The position numbers and the translations under genes were made by a program. The notes below the pieces were generated by a model. That model saw only the letters and a program-made list of their open reading frames with translations, did not search any database and was not told the origin of the DNA. Of a stretch of 64,000 nucleotides of DNA, positions 20,203 to 30,592 are shown piece by piece. The stretch's first letter is position 1. Each line of letters begins with the position of its first letter. Source of the stretch: Crocinitomicaceae bacterium (GTDB lineage: Bacteria > Bacteroidota > Bacteroidia > Flavobacteriales_D > Crocinitomicaceae); contig JAQVCM010000011.1 of the NCBI GenBank assembly GCA_028689775.1, forward strand, positions 87,077 through 151,076, given 5' to 3'.

Positions 20203-20961
20203 ATGAAATTAATACTCTCCATTCTATCGATTGTCTTTTGTGCTAGCTCATTATTCGCGCAAGAAGAACTAAAAGACATGGATACCATTTTAGATTATAA
20301 AGAGCGATTTTATACAGCTGGTAAATTAAACACCGATTCTCAATACAGTCAATTAACCAATTTTTCTCAAGGCGATTCATTAACTAAAAAAGTAAAAAGC
20401 GGTTTGTGGATAGAATATTTTGATCGAAAATTTGACGAAGTAAGTGAAGCAAAATACAGGTATTACCGATTGGTTGAATACGATGCTGGTGAACAAGTAG
20501 GGAAAATATATTATTTCAAAAAAAATGGCAAGCTCTATCATTCCGAAGTAAGCTATCCGAAAATTAAAGGAGGCATTTATGACGGAACGAGAACCATTTA
20601 TTACCGAAAAAACAAAATTGATTATGTTTTTTACGATCGTTTTGAAAATGATACCACAAGCGGTCAATATGTTTTTTCTACAAGGTATTATTCCAAAGGC
20701 ACGATGAGATCGCATGTCTTGATGGATGAAGCGAACTTCATACACTACATTTGGAAATTTGACAAAACTGGTCGTACAAGGTATGAAGTCAAAATTGATC
20801 GACAAGAATTATACCTCATCAAAAGAAAAGGACGAAATGCTCGCAAAGAAATATGCAGGATTCGGGAAAACGGAGAAACCTACAAGATTATCAAAAAAGA
20901 CGGCGTAGAAATCAAGCGAAAAATTTGGAATTCAAAGGATTTTGGAATCGTTTTTAGATAA
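20203..20961 (+). CDS. secreted hypothetical protein
   Basis: Signal peptide ending LFAQE. 252 aa. Confidence 0.35.
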   Translation: MKLILSILSIVFCASSLFAQEELKDMDTILDYKERFYTAGKLNTDSQYSQLTNFSQGDSLTKKVKSGLWIEYFDRKFDEVSEAKYRYYRLVEYDAGEQVGKIYYFKKNGKLYHSEVSYPKIKGGIYDGTRTIYYRKNKIDYVFYDRFENDTTSGQYVFSTRYYSKGTMRSHVLMDEANFIHYIWKFDKTGRTRYEVKIDRQELYLIKRKGRNARKEICRIRENGETYKIIKKDGVEIKRKIWNSKDFGIVFR

Positions 20962-21017
20962 ATTGCCAAAAAACAGTATATTCGTTTGTATCTTTTGCGT
21001 AACTAAAAATAGAAACG

Positions 21018-21479
21018 ATGAAACTAATTCAACTCTACGATCAAAACATATCAAACAACATCACTTCTGACAAATCGTACATTCAGTTCGAAAAACTAAT
21101 TTCGGAATTGAATAAAAGAGATTTGCCAAATTTACTTGTTGATACATTGAATCCAGAAATTGAAGAAATAAATGCCGCGATTCTCGCCGAAAAAAGATGG
21201 AAAAATGTCATCAAAAAGAAACAATTTAAAATCCTCAGAAAACTTGAAAAAGAATTGAAAATTGTTCCGATCAAATACTATCGCAACCTGTGGATCGCTA
21301 TCGGAGTTGGCGGAATTGGTATTCCGATTGGTTTTTTAATCGGCACAGGTTTGGGAAGCATGGCATTTCTAGGATTGGGAATGCCCATTGGATTAGGCAT
21401 CGGTTTTACGGTTGGAATGGGAATGGATAAAAAAGCAAAATCGGAAGGAAGACAGTTGGCCGTTGAGCTTAAAAATTAA
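21018..21479 (+). CDS. glycine-zipper membrane protein
   Basis: C-terminal GxxxG-rich segment (GVGGIGIPIGFLIGTGLG...GLGIGFTVGMG). Confidence 0.4.
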   Translation: MKLIQLYDQNISNNITSDKSYIQFEKLISELNKRDLPNLLVDTLNPEIEEINAAILAEKRWKNVIKKKQFKILRKLEKELKIVPIKYYRNLWIAIGVGGIGIPIGFLIGTGLGSMAFLGLGMPIGLGIGFTVGMGMDKKAKSEGRQLAVELKN

Positions 21480-21554
21480 AATAAAAAAGTCTAAATTTGA
21501 CCATGGATTGTCCAATCTATTGAGTCATTCTAATAAACCAAAAACGAAGAAAAA

Positions 21555-21959
21555 ATGTACTGTTCAGGATGCGGAAATCAATTACAAGGAGACGAGAAAT
21601 TTTGTCCTGAGTGTGGAAAAAGTACCAGTAACGAGAAAAGCTCACCTGAGAAAAAAGAAGAATTTGAGACTTTGGAATTTAAATCAAGTATTCTTCTCGG
21701 TGGATCAATCTTATCTCCAGAAAAACTGATCATCACCGATACCGCTGTAGTTTACAGAAAACGAAACAAATATTTAATCGGAACGGACGAATCGTCGATA
21801 CCTTTTAGTCGTATTTCCTCTGTTGAAATTAATCGAAAATTAATTGATTCGGATATCCTCATTTACAGCACAGGAAATCAGAAAATTGTCGCGCAAGATT
21901 TTTCGATTTCTTCTGCAAAAGAGATTAAAAGTGAGATTGAGAGAAGGATAAATCGATAA
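21555..21959 (+). CDS. zinc-ribbon domain protein
   Basis: N-terminal CxxC...CxxC motif (MYCSGCGNQLQGDEKFCPECG). Confidence 0.45.
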   Translation: MYCSGCGNQLQGDEKFCPECGKSTSNEKSSPEKKEEFETLEFKSSILLGGSILSPEKLIITDTAVVYRKRNKYLIGTDESSIPFSRISSVEINRKLIDSDILIYSTGNQKIVAQDFSISSAKEIKSEIERRINR

Positions 21960-21970
21960 GCATTCCTGAA

Positions 21971-22285
21971 ATGAGTTATATACTTCTTCTAATTTTCCCA
22001 TTTATCATCTTTCCAATATCAACGATTATTTTGTTGTTTTTGAGGGATGAAGATAAAGCTCGAAAACGGTACTTAAACATCATTTTAATTGCCAACAATC
22101 TTCTATTTTACATTCCAATTATCATTTGGCAAGTTTTATCGTTCTCATCAATAGATACAGAAAGTGAACAAATGAACAATTTATTTGGATTAACCTACCT
22201 CATTCTTTTCCCCGTTTGCGGATTGGCACACGTGACACTTTTGATTTTGAAAATCAGCTTTATTTCGAAAAAATATGAAAATTAA
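21971..22285 (+). CDS. small membrane protein
   Basis: Three hydrophobic helices. 104 aa. Confidence 0.3.
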   Translation: MSYILLLIFPFIIFPISTIILLFLRDEDKARKRYLNIILIANNLLFYIPIIIWQVLSFSSIDTESEQMNNLFGLTYLILFPVCGLAHVTLLILKISFISKKYEN

Positions 22286-22868
22286 AAAATTAACATTGCG
22301 ACTACTTGCAACGCTACTCGCAGCTTTCGCAGGTGTTTGGACATATAAGCATGTAAATCTCAATACCAAGCGCGATGTCGGACAAGAGGTTGATCGGTTT
22401 AACGGTGTAATCGTCTATTACAACGGTGGTGTAGACAATATTTCAGGAAGAAACACAACCAAAGATGGCTATAATTTGGGGTTAAAATATCAGTGCGTTG
22501 AATTTGTGAAACGGTACTATTATGAATATCTCAATCACAAAATGCCGGACAGCTACGGCCATGCGAAAAGCTTCTACAATCCAGCAGTATCGGATGGACA
22601 ACTGAGTACGATTCGAAATTTAACGCAATATAAAAATGCGAGTAAATCGAAACCAAAAGTGAGTGATTTACTTGTTTTTGACGGAACAATTTTCAATCAA
22701 TTTGGACATGTTGCCATCATTTCTAAAGTTAGTAACGATGAAATTGAAATCATCCAACAAAATCCAGGTCCGCTTGCGAAATCAAGAGTGACTTTTTCAT
22801 TGCGCAATGTAGGTGATAAATGGAAAATTGACGATGATGAAATCTTAGGTTGGTTACGCAAGAATTAG
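22275..22868 (+). CDS. CHAP-domain protein, a putative peptidoglycan amidase/peptidase
   Basis: Signal/anchor, then Cys (QCVEFVKRYY) and His (GHVAIISKV) spaced as in the CHAP catalytic dyad. Confidence 0.55.
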   Translation: MKIKKLTLRLLATLLAAFAGVWTYKHVNLNTKRDVGQEVDRFNGVIVYYNGGVDNISGRNTTKDGYNLGLKYQCVEFVKRYYYEYLNHKMPDSYGHAKSFYNPAVSDGQLSTIRNLTQYKNASKSKPKVSDLLVFDGTIFNQFGHVAIISKVSNDEIEIIQQNPGPLAKSRVTFSLRNVGDKWKIDDDEILGWLRKN

Positions 22869-22905
22869 AGAACGTAAAAATTAAGAAACTAGGAAAATCG
22901 AAAAG

Positions 22906-23529
22906 ATGCTGATCTACGGAAAAAGAAAAATTAGAATAAAGAAATACGACGATTTTCACATTCAATGCGAGAATTGCAGCGCTTGTAAACAACGTTTTTC
23001 GGTGTATCAAGCATATTATCATCTCTTTTTTATCCCGATATATCCTGCTAGTCAAAAATCAATTAAGACCATCTGTTTGAATTGCAAAGACAGTTTTAAT
23101 GAACAAAAAGTATTGCATTATTTAGCGAAAACCAAAACGCCATTTTACTTATACACCGGTTTAATTTTATTTGCAAGTCTTTTTATTTCAGTGATTTACA
23201 GCAATATCAATACGCAAAATAAAAAACAAGAATACGCTGAAAACCCCAAGGTGAACGATGTTTATTTGATGAATAAAAAAGACGAAGATGACAATTCAAG
23301 CTATTTCTTTGTGAAAATAAAAAGAATAAGTGGAGATACCGTTGAAGTAATCCATAACGCTTATGAATACAGTAGATTTATTAGCAAATTCGATACAGCA
23401 GATTATTTTGATAAAAGTGAAAGATCTCTGTTCCTGAAATCAGAACTTAAAGCATACATCCACGACAGGAAGATTACAAGCATCAAAAGAGATTATGAAA
23501 AGACGAGTAGATTTAATGTTGAGAAATGA
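22906..23529 (+). CDS. zinc-ribbon membrane protein, hypothetical
   Basis: CENCSAC...CLNC cysteine pairs and one TM helix. Confidence 0.35.
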   Translation: MLIYGKRKIRIKKYDDFHIQCENCSACKQRFSVYQAYYHLFFIPIYPASQKSIKTICLNCKDSFNEQKVLHYLAKTKTPFYLYTGLILFASLFISVIYSNINTQNKKQEYAENPKVNDVYLMNKKDEDDNSSYFFVKIKRISGDTVEVIHNAYEYSRFISKFDTADYFDKSERSLFLKSELKAYIHDRKITSIKRDYEKTSRFNVEK

Positions 23530-23894
23530 TAAATCCAATCAACATCCATCAGCAACACGAACAAATAGAACTTTGTGAAGGAAAATATCTAATTGATTTT
23601 GTTGGTGGTTGGTTTGTAGAGCCAAATGATTTCAAGATACTTTTAAAACTTCAGGGCGATTCTAATGTAGTCGCGATAAATGACATTAAATGGAAAGTGC
23701 AGACCTTCGAATTTGGAGCAAAATGCAAACGGTTTTATGAATTTAAAATCGAACAATCTGGAATTTACACGTGCAACTTTGAAAACAGTGAACGTGTTGA
23801 AATAAAAAGATTTAGCATTCCAATATTCTCGTTTATTTTTCCGAAGTTATATGATAATCGCAAAATAATGATTTATATTTATCGTAAGTTTTAG
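23526..23894 (+). CDS. hypothetical protein
   Basis: 122-aa ORF whose start overlaps the upstream stop. Confidence 0.3.
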   Translation: MINPINIHQQHEQIELCEGKYLIDFVGGWFVEPNDFKILLKLQGDSNVVAINDIKWKVQTFEFGAKCKRFYEFKIEQSGIYTCNFENSERVEIKRFSIPIFSFIFPKLYDNRKIMIYIYRKF

Positions 23895-23915
23895 AAATTT
23901 AAAATTCAGCACAGC

Positions 23916-24473
23916 ATGCACACTCACTTTAGATCGATGTTTTCAAAATTCACAATCACTTGCATTTTGTTCTTCAGTTTTCTGACCGTAAATGGTCAAA
24001 CGAACAAAAAAAGTTATTGGGACAACATTCCAAACGCTGTGGGTTGGATAAACGATTTTGAAAATATTTTTTCAGAAAAAGAAGAACAATTTCTCGACAG
24101 TTTGGTTGCGGCTTATGAAGTTGAAACCAGCGTTGAAATTTATGTAATTACCATACCGGAATTTGCAACAGACCGAAATCGCTTCAATGATCTTGTATCC
24201 GAAATTGGAAAAAAATGGGGCGTTGGTAAAAGGGAATTAGACAATGGAATTCTGATCGCTATTTCGAAAGAAAATCGAGCGTTGAATGTCAATTTCGGAA
24301 CTGGATTTACCGGGCATTTAACGGAAGCGGGAGTAACGGAAATCAATCGCACGATATTGATCCCAAATTTTCAAAACGGAGATTTCTTTATGGGAACTCT
24401 GGAAGGAATCCAAGAAATCATTAAAATTCTCAATCAAATTATCCAAGAAGATAAAGCGAAAATCAAAGAGTAA
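23916..24473 (+). CDS. TPM-domain protein (YgcG-like)
   Basis: Signal peptide. The IYVITIPEF...GILIAISKENRALNVNFGTG pattern is typical of the TPM/DUF477 family. Confidence 0.6.
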   Translation: MHTHFRSMFSKFTITCILFFSFLTVNGQTNKKSYWDNIPNAVGWINDFENIFSEKEEQFLDSLVAAYEVETSVEIYVITIPEFATDRNRFNDLVSEIGKKWGVGKRELDNGILIAISKENRALNVNFGTGFTGHLTEAGVTEINRTILIPNFQNGDFFMGTLEGIQEIIKILNQIIQEDKAKIKE

Positions 24474-24522
24474 AGAATAAAGAGTGAAAAAATCAAATCA
24501 ACTTAAATAAAATTAAATTAAA

Positions 24523-25296
24523 ATGACGAAAACGCTGCTAATTCTTTTAATTCTAACCGTTGGAATTGGACTTAATGCCTGTAACGATAAGGGAAAAACT
24601 CCTGCAAAAAAAGTCGTTGAGAACAGCAAGAAATCGAGTTGGTTTAATTATGATTCCAGTTTTACAGTCAACGATACCATTTTTCTTTACAGAGATGAAA
24701 TCGCAGGAACTTCTCAAGCTGTATTTTTTGACGAGAACCGAAACAGTACTTTTTACGATGATCTCAAAGTGAGTAATGCGGATCTTTCAGAAGATGAAAG
24801 CTATCGATTCTCCATCAACAATTTGAAAGAAAACAACTTAAAATTGATCAAGCAGAAACCGATTATTCCGGACACCAAATGGGTAGTTTTAAAGCAATAC
24901 AAAGGGCAATTTTATGCGTATAAAGTATGTGACTTTTACCATCAGTATCAAATATCGATCAACGACAGCACGTATATTGAGTGGACAGGCGAAGGTCCTG
25001 AAGCAAATCAGATTGAAACACAGAAAAAAATAGATAAAAACACGTATGAATATACGCTTCATGGCGTCATGAACAAGACACAAAAAATACGCATTCACAT
25101 CATCGATAACGAACGCGGAATAGCGGTTTTTGAAAGCGTACATCCAGAATACAATGAAAATAATTTCTTTTTAATGATTGCTTCCGACAAAGTCAAAACG
25201 GTTCCAATTATTGTAAACAATTGTAAAACATCCAAACAAAGCGAGGTACCATTTGAAAAACCAGATTACAAAGCTTTGCTGAAAACCGAAAAATGA
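24523..25296 (+). CDS. hypothetical lipoprotein
   Basis: Signal peptide with lipobox LNAC. Confidence 0.4.
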   Translation: MTKTLLILLILTVGIGLNACNDKGKTPAKKVVENSKKSSWFNYDSSFTVNDTIFLYRDEIAGTSQAVFFDENRNSTFYDDLKVSNADLSEDESYRFSINNLKENNLKLIKQKPIIPDTKWVVLKQYKGQFYAYKVCDFYHQYQISINDSTYIEWTGEGPEANQIETQKKIDKNTYEYTLHGVMNKTQKIRIHIIDNERGIAVFESVHPEYNENNFFLMIASDKVKTVPIIVNNCKTSKQSEVPFEKPDYKALLKTEK

Positions 25297-25398
25297 ATTT
25301 AAAGAATTTAAAGCAGGTTAAAAAAAGATTTAAACACAGTTTAAGGCTCGTTTAAATTAAATTTAAAACTTCCAATAGTTACTTAAAACAATTACTCA

Positions 25399-26001
25399 AT
25401 GTCAGAATTCTGGGAAGAACATTTTATCAAAAACCAAGAAGCTTGGGGCTTTACTCCTGCTCCTTCAGCAATCTTGGCAAAAGATTTCTTTGTTGAAAAA
25501 GGAGTCAAAAATATCCTCATTCCGGGAATCGGATACGGTCGCAACGCACAATTATTTCGCGAAAATGGAATTGCGGTTACCGGAATAGAAATCTCGCAAA
25601 CAGCAATAGAATTAGCTCAAAAACATTACGGAACCGATTTGAAAATTCATCACGGTTCGGTAACAGATATGCCATTTGATGAAAACAAATACGATGGAAT
25701 TTTTTGCTACGCTTTGATCCATTTATTAGGTAAAGAAGAACGAATAAAACTAATCCAAGACTGCTACAAGCAACTGACTGATAATGGTTATCTGCTTTTT
25801 GCTGTCGTATCTACAAAAGCACCACTTTACGGAAAAGGGGAATTAATCAGCAAAGACTATTATGATTTATTCAATGGCGTGAAAATGTTCTTTTACGACA
25901 AAGCGTCCATCAAAGTAGAATTTGAAAAATTTGGATTAGTTGAGATTACAGCAGTCGAAGATATTTTTCCGTTTTATTTGGTGAAATGTCAAAAGAAATA
26001 A
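25399..26001 (+). CDS. class I SAM-dependent methyltransferase
   Basis: Methyltransf_11-like glycine-rich motif (ILIPGIGYGRN) and a downstream acidic motif. Confidence 0.65.
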   Translation: MSEFWEEHFIKNQEAWGFTPAPSAILAKDFFVEKGVKNILIPGIGYGRNAQLFRENGIAVTGIEISQTAIELAQKHYGTDLKIHHGSVTDMPFDENKYDGIFCYALIHLLGKEERIKLIQDCYKQLTDNGYLLFAVVSTKAPLYGKGELISKDYYDLFNGVKMFFYDKASIKVEFEKFGLVEITAVEDIFPFYLVKCQKK

Positions 26002-26043
26002 AACCACAGTTTTTGAAGTGATATTAACGAATGAAAATCGAAT

Positions 26044-26478
26044 ATGAAAATCTCTTATTTAATTGGTTTACCACTTGGATTATTTGCAATATTTAGTGCC
26101 CTCCTATTTCCCACAATGGGATCAGGCGAAAGTTTAGCTGGATTTATTTTGAACGAATCCTACGGCATCGCTTCAATTGGATTATTCATTTCATTCGTAA
26201 TCGCATTGGGAATTGCTGGTCGCTCTGCTTCCGTAAACATCGCGAAACAAAAATCAGTATTAGAAACTTCATTTCGATATACCATCACCGTCAATGCAAT
26301 CATTTGGTCTGTGTTTATCCTACTAACCATCATCAGCAATGATCAAAAAGACTTGTGGTTTTTATTGATTCCGCCATTTATCGCATTTTTGATTAGCACA
26401 TTTGTCACCGCTTTCACCTTCGGACTTTTGATAAGTTATTTGATAAAAACGAAACATATTAAAAAGAGATTCTACTAA
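26044..26478 (+). CDS. hypothetical membrane protein
   Basis: Four predicted TM helices. Confidence 0.35.
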   Translation: MKISYLIGLPLGLFAIFSALLFPTMGSGESLAGFILNESYGIASIGLFISFVIALGIAGRSASVNIAKQKSVLETSFRYTITVNAIIWSVFILLTIISNDQKDLWFLLIPPFIAFLISTFVTAFTFGLLISYLIKTKHIKKRFY

Positions 26479-26626
26479 GCCAAGTTGAATTTATAAAACT
26501 GTAAACAAGCAACTACTCAGAAGTTACTCCTTGATTCAGAAAAACCATTATCTTCACACCATTCAATAAACTCTGTGAACTCTGTGCCTCCTCAGAGATC
26601 TCTGTGTTTAAAAAAGACATCACCAA

Positions 26627-27547
26627 ATGCAAACAACAAATAACATCTTCTTGGTCAGACCTTCCAATTTCGGTTTCAACGCAGAAACGGCTGTCTCCAA
26701 TGCTTTTCAGAATGAAATCAATGAAAGTCAAGAAAGTATCAAACAAAAAGTATGGGAAGAATTTGACGCATTTGCAGCGAAACTACGGTCACACGGCGTA
26801 CATGTTACTGTTTTTGACGACACCATTTCACCGGTAAAACCAGATGCTATTTTCCCAAATAACTGGGTGAGTTTGCATCAGGACGGAACCGTCATTTTGT
26901 ATCCAATGTGCGCTCCGAATAGACGGTACGAGCGAAGAAAAAACATCATCGATTCACTCAAAACAAATTTCAAAATCAGCCAAATCATCGACCTTTCCAA
27001 GTACGAAGCTGAAAACCGATTTTTAGAAGGCACAGGAAGTGTTGTATTTGATCACGTTAACAGATTGGCGTACGCGTGTTTATCTCCGCGAACGGACAAA
27101 GACATCCTTGCTGAAGTTTGTGAAATACTGAATTACAAAGCAGTTCCGTTCCATTCGCACGATCCGGCAGGAAAAGAGATTTACCATACGAATGTAATGA
27201 TGTGCATCGCTGAAAAGTTTGCGGTTATTTGTATGGATAGTATCTCAGATCAACAAGAAAGAGAATTTGTTTCTGATTCACTGACCAAAACTGGTCACGA
27301 AATAATCGACATCAGCTTTGAACAAATGAACCAGTTTGCTGGAAACATGTTGGCGATTAAAACAACGGAAAATCACACGATTTTAGCCTTGTCAAAAAGT
27401 TCGTTTGACAGTTTGACACGTGAGCAGAAAAACAAGATTGAGAAATACAGCGAACTCGTTCCACTCTCCATCAAAACCATTGAAACCATTGGTGGCGGTA
27501 GTGCAAGGTGTATGATTGCTGAAGTATTTTCAGAAAGAATTAAGTGA
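26627..27547 (+). CDS. amidinotransferase-superfamily hydrolase (CtlX / arginine deiminase-related type)
   Basis: The N-terminal FLVRPSNFGFN and C-terminal GGGSARCM motifs match the guanidino-group modifying enzyme fold with a catalytic Cys. Confidence 0.6.
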   Translation: MQTTNNIFLVRPSNFGFNAETAVSNAFQNEINESQESIKQKVWEEFDAFAAKLRSHGVHVTVFDDTISPVKPDAIFPNNWVSLHQDGTVILYPMCAPNRRYERRKNIIDSLKTNFKISQIIDLSKYEAENRFLEGTGSVVFDHVNRLAYACLSPRTDKDILAEVCEILNYKAVPFHSHDPAGKEIYHTNVMMCIAEKFAVICMDSISDQQEREFVSDSLTKTGHEIIDISFEQMNQFAGNMLAIKTTENHTILALSKSSFDSLTREQKNKIEKYSELVPLSIKTIETIGGGSARCMIAEVFSERIK

Positions 27548-27683
27548 CACATCTTTCATCCGCATCACAAGTCAAAAGTAAATTTTTGAATGTCATTAAA
27601 AATCTTTATTTTTGATACATTAAAGTCAATCGTTCTGGACAGTACTCCACAATTAAAAAAGAAATAAAACTTAAATACTACCA

Positions 27684-28352
27684 ATGAAAAGTACATTTTT
27701 AACCCTAATTATCAGCCTTCTAACTTTTTCAAATGGTTTTGGCCAAGAAAATCTGCCACCGCCAACACAAGATGCTGCAACACCAGAATTTGATTATGGA
27801 AGCGTAAAAAACGGAATCTATAAAAATTCATTTTTCGATTTAGAAGTAACTTTCGATCCAGAATGGGCTGTTCAAAATCAGCAACAAGTTGATCAATTAC
27901 TTGAACTAGGTGAAGAAATGATAGTTGGCGATAATGCTGATTTAAAACGGGTCATCAAGGCTTCAAAAATAAATGTCTCTAACTTACTGACAGTCTACAA
28001 ATACGAATTAGGTTCTGCAGTAGATTTCAACCCGAGCTTTATGTTAACCGTTGAAAACACGCAATTAGTTCCTGGAATAAAAAACGGAAAAGATTATCTT
28101 TTTCACGCCAAAAAATTGCTAAGTAAGCTGGAAATGAAATACGTTTTTGATAAGGATGTATATGAGAAAAAGATTGGAAAAACAACTTTTCACGTCTTAG
28201 AAGCTAAAATTGATTTTATGGATTTGAAAATCAAGCAAGATTACATCGTTACCATAAAAAACGGATTTTCAGTGATCTTCATCGCATCGTACAAGACCAA
28301 AGCGGAGAAAAAGGAAGTGTACAAAGTCATCAACAACATTAAGATGAATTAG
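27684..28352 (+). CDS. secreted hypothetical protein
   Basis: Signal peptide ending GFGQE. Confidence 0.35.
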   Translation: MKSTFLTLIISLLTFSNGFGQENLPPPTQDAATPEFDYGSVKNGIYKNSFFDLEVTFDPEWAVQNQQQVDQLLELGEEMIVGDNADLKRVIKASKINVSNLLTVYKYELGSAVDFNPSFMLTVENTQLVPGIKNGKDYLFHAKKLLSKLEMKYVFDKDVYEKKIGKTTFHVLEAKIDFMDLKIKQDYIVTIKNGFSVIFIASYKTKAEKKEVYKVINNIKMN

Positions 28353-28431
28353 AAATCATTTTAAATGCATTCATATCCTCGTCAAGAAATGAAACAAGTG
28401 GCATAGATGGATTCACAAAAACTACTGACAA

Positions 28432-28812
28432 ATGAAAAATAGCACTACACTCTTTTTTATCTTGCTGATCAGTGTTGCGACATGGACAGTGAGTTGTGAA
28501 AAAAACCGCGAAGTAAAATTTTCAGGAATTTATGAATGTGCTGTTGAATACCATTATTGGGATATGACTCCAAAAAATATCGACTCCAATTACGTTCAAG
28601 AACTTGAAATAAAACAAGAAGGAGAAATGTTGTACATTCTTGGAGAAGAAGTTCCAGTATCTTCTGTCAAAGATGGGCAAGAATTCACGAAAGGATTCGG
28701 TCAAAACTATTTTTCAGTTAGTTTTATTAATGGAAAAGTTCACATCCTAAAAAGATCAGGTGGTTTAGGTGGCGGAGCTGGTTGGACATACATCGGAACC
28801 AAAAGAGAATAA
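28432..28812 (+). CDS. hypothetical lipoprotein
   Basis: Signal peptide with lipobox TVSC. Confidence 0.35.
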   Translation: MKNSTTLFFILLISVATWTVSCEKNREVKFSGIYECAVEYHYWDMTPKNIDSNYVQELEIKQEGEMLYILGEEVPVSSVKDGQEFTKGFGQNYFSVSFINGKVHILKRSGGLGGGAGWTYIGTKRE

Positions 28813-28890
28813 ATGAATCAAAATTTCGAAGAGACATTTATGACTTGAATCCAGCGTCTCTTTGTAAAGTCTTAATAACAAGCTCTAAAA

Positions 28891-29427
28891 ATGGAAAACA
28901 AAAAAGGCTTCACCTATTCATTGACCAAGTTCTTAGAAAAGTTCTCAAACTGGAGAATACTCCTTGTTCTACTCGTGTTAAACATCGTTTTCCCAGCGGT
29001 AGTTTTTCCATTATTCCAAGGCGATCCAGCAAATGTTCCTTTGGATTTACAATTCTCTTATTCGCCTACGAAAGCCTACGAACTGCTCGCACAATTCAGC
29101 GCAGCAGATTTAAAACTTTATCGAATTCTAGAATTAACAGGCGACATTGCTTATCCAATCATTTACGGAGTATTCTTATCACTTTTGATTTTTAAGTTGA
29201 GTAGAAATACCATTTTCTCAAGCATTCCTTTATTAGCAATTGTAGCCGATATCCTAGAGAATAGTGGAATCGTGATTCTCATTTCGTCCTTGCCAAAAGA
29301 ACTGCACACACTTGCATCCATCACCAGCATTTTCAGTTCCTTAAAATGGATTTTGATTGTGTGTTCCATGCTGTTGATTATCGTGCTATTCCTGAGAAAT
29401 GTATTTACTTCCAAGAAGAAATTGTAG
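28891..29427 (+). CDS. hypothetical membrane protein
   Basis: Multiple TM helices. Confidence 0.4.
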   Translation: MENKKGFTYSLTKFLEKFSNWRILLVLLVLNIVFPAVVFPLFQGDPANVPLDLQFSYSPTKAYELLAQFSAADLKLYRILELTGDIAYPIIYGVFLSLLIFKLSRNTIFSSIPLLAIVADILENSGIVILISSLPKELHTLASITSIFSSLKWILIVCSMLLIIVLFLRNVFTSKKKL

Positions 29428-29526
29428 GGAAAAAGAAACAAATTCAACGTGTAAATCAATGGATTCATTCCTTCTTGTTTTTTTAAATTCCCACATCATT
29501 CCAAAATTCAATCTTAAATTTACTCC

Positions 29527-29763
29527 ATGAAGATTTTAGTAATTGAAGATGAGATCGAATTACAAGAAGCAATCAAAGATTCACTTCTCAGAGAAAAATA
29601 TACGGTGGAAACTGCAGGCGATTTTCATACTGCTTATGAGAAAATAGCGCTTTACGATTACGATTGTATTTTATTAGACATCATGCTTCCCGGCGGAAGT
29701 GGATTTCAAATTCTTGAAAAATTAAAGGAAATTAGAAAATCCGATAACGTCATTATCAAATGA
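29527..29763 (+). pseudogene. response-regulator receiver-domain fragment (truncated, no output domain)
   Basis: MKILVIEDE...DCILLDIMLPGGSGF is the first ~75 aa of a REC domain. The ORF stops where the rest of the REC fold and the DNA-binding domain should follow. Confidence 0.6.
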
Positions 29764-30059
29764 ACTTTGCGTTAGCGGAAATACTCATTTCACACATCAT
29801 CAGAAATGCCATTTTTCACACCTTCAAATCTGGCAAAATCAAGCTTGCAATCACCAACCAGGAATTCACGATTGCCAATACTGGATCCGAAACTAAACTG
29901 GATTCCCAACTAATTTTCAATCGTTTTGAAAAAGATCAAGCCCAAACCAAAAGCACAGGACTCGGATTGGCAATCTGTAAAGCAATCTGTAAATCGAACG
30001 GAATGGAAATCAGCTATCTCTTTATAAATGAAATGCATGTGTTTCGTGTTAAATTTTGA
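29760..30059 (+). pseudogene. sensor histidine kinase C-terminal HATPase_c fragment
   Basis: N-box (RNAIFHT), G1 (IANTG) and G2 (GLGLAI) motifs only. There is no TM, HAMP or HisKA region. It overlaps the RR fragment in another frame. Confidence 0.6.
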
Positions 30060-30148
30060 AAAAAACAGAAGTACTTGCTTTAAATTCCAGTATCTTTCCA
30101 ATATTGACATTTAGTTTTGTAGTATAAATTAATTAAACAACAAAAAAG

Positions 30149-30580
30149 ATGAAAAACAAAGCAATCAAATTCATGGCTGTTTTCCTTTTAGGAACAGGAT
30201 CCATTTTCGCACAAGATGTACAAGAATCTCAAGTTCCGTCCGTCATTGTAAATAACTTTAAAAAGGAATTTCCAAAAGCAAGTGATGTAGAATGGGAGAA
30301 AAAGGGCGATAACTACAACGTAGATTTCGAGATTGGATGGGGAGTAGATTACGAAGCTTGGTATGCAGCGACGGGAAAATTGATCAAATACAAGCAAGAA
30401 ATTTCAGACGCTAATTTACCGCAAGCTGTCAAAGATGCGATTAAAAAAGACCACGCAGGTTTTCGCATAGATGACGCTAAAAAGTATGTTGAAAATGGAG
30501 TTGAAACCTACCAAGTAAAACTTGAAAAAGGACAAGACGAACGAAAAATCACTTTTTCGAAAGACGGGAAATTAATTTAA
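30149..30580 (+). CDS. PepSY-like domain protein, secreted
   Basis: Signal peptide. Repeated beta-lactamase-inhibitor-like modules (VEWEKKGDNYNVDF...). Confidence 0.5.
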   Translation: MKNKAIKFMAVFLLGTGSIFAQDVQESQVPSVIVNNFKKEFPKASDVEWEKKGDNYNVDFEIGWGVDYEAWYAATGKLIKYKQEISDANLPQAVKDAIKKDHAGFRIDDAKKYVENGVETYQVKLEKGQDERKITFSKDGKLI

Positions 30581-30592
30581 AACTTTTAGACA

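Noticed and set aside
28782-29195. 137-aa ORF overlapping the end of the 28432 gene and the start of the 28891 gene
   Set aside because: It overlaps two better-supported genes in another frame and has an Arg/Ser-rich composition typical of an off-frame translation.
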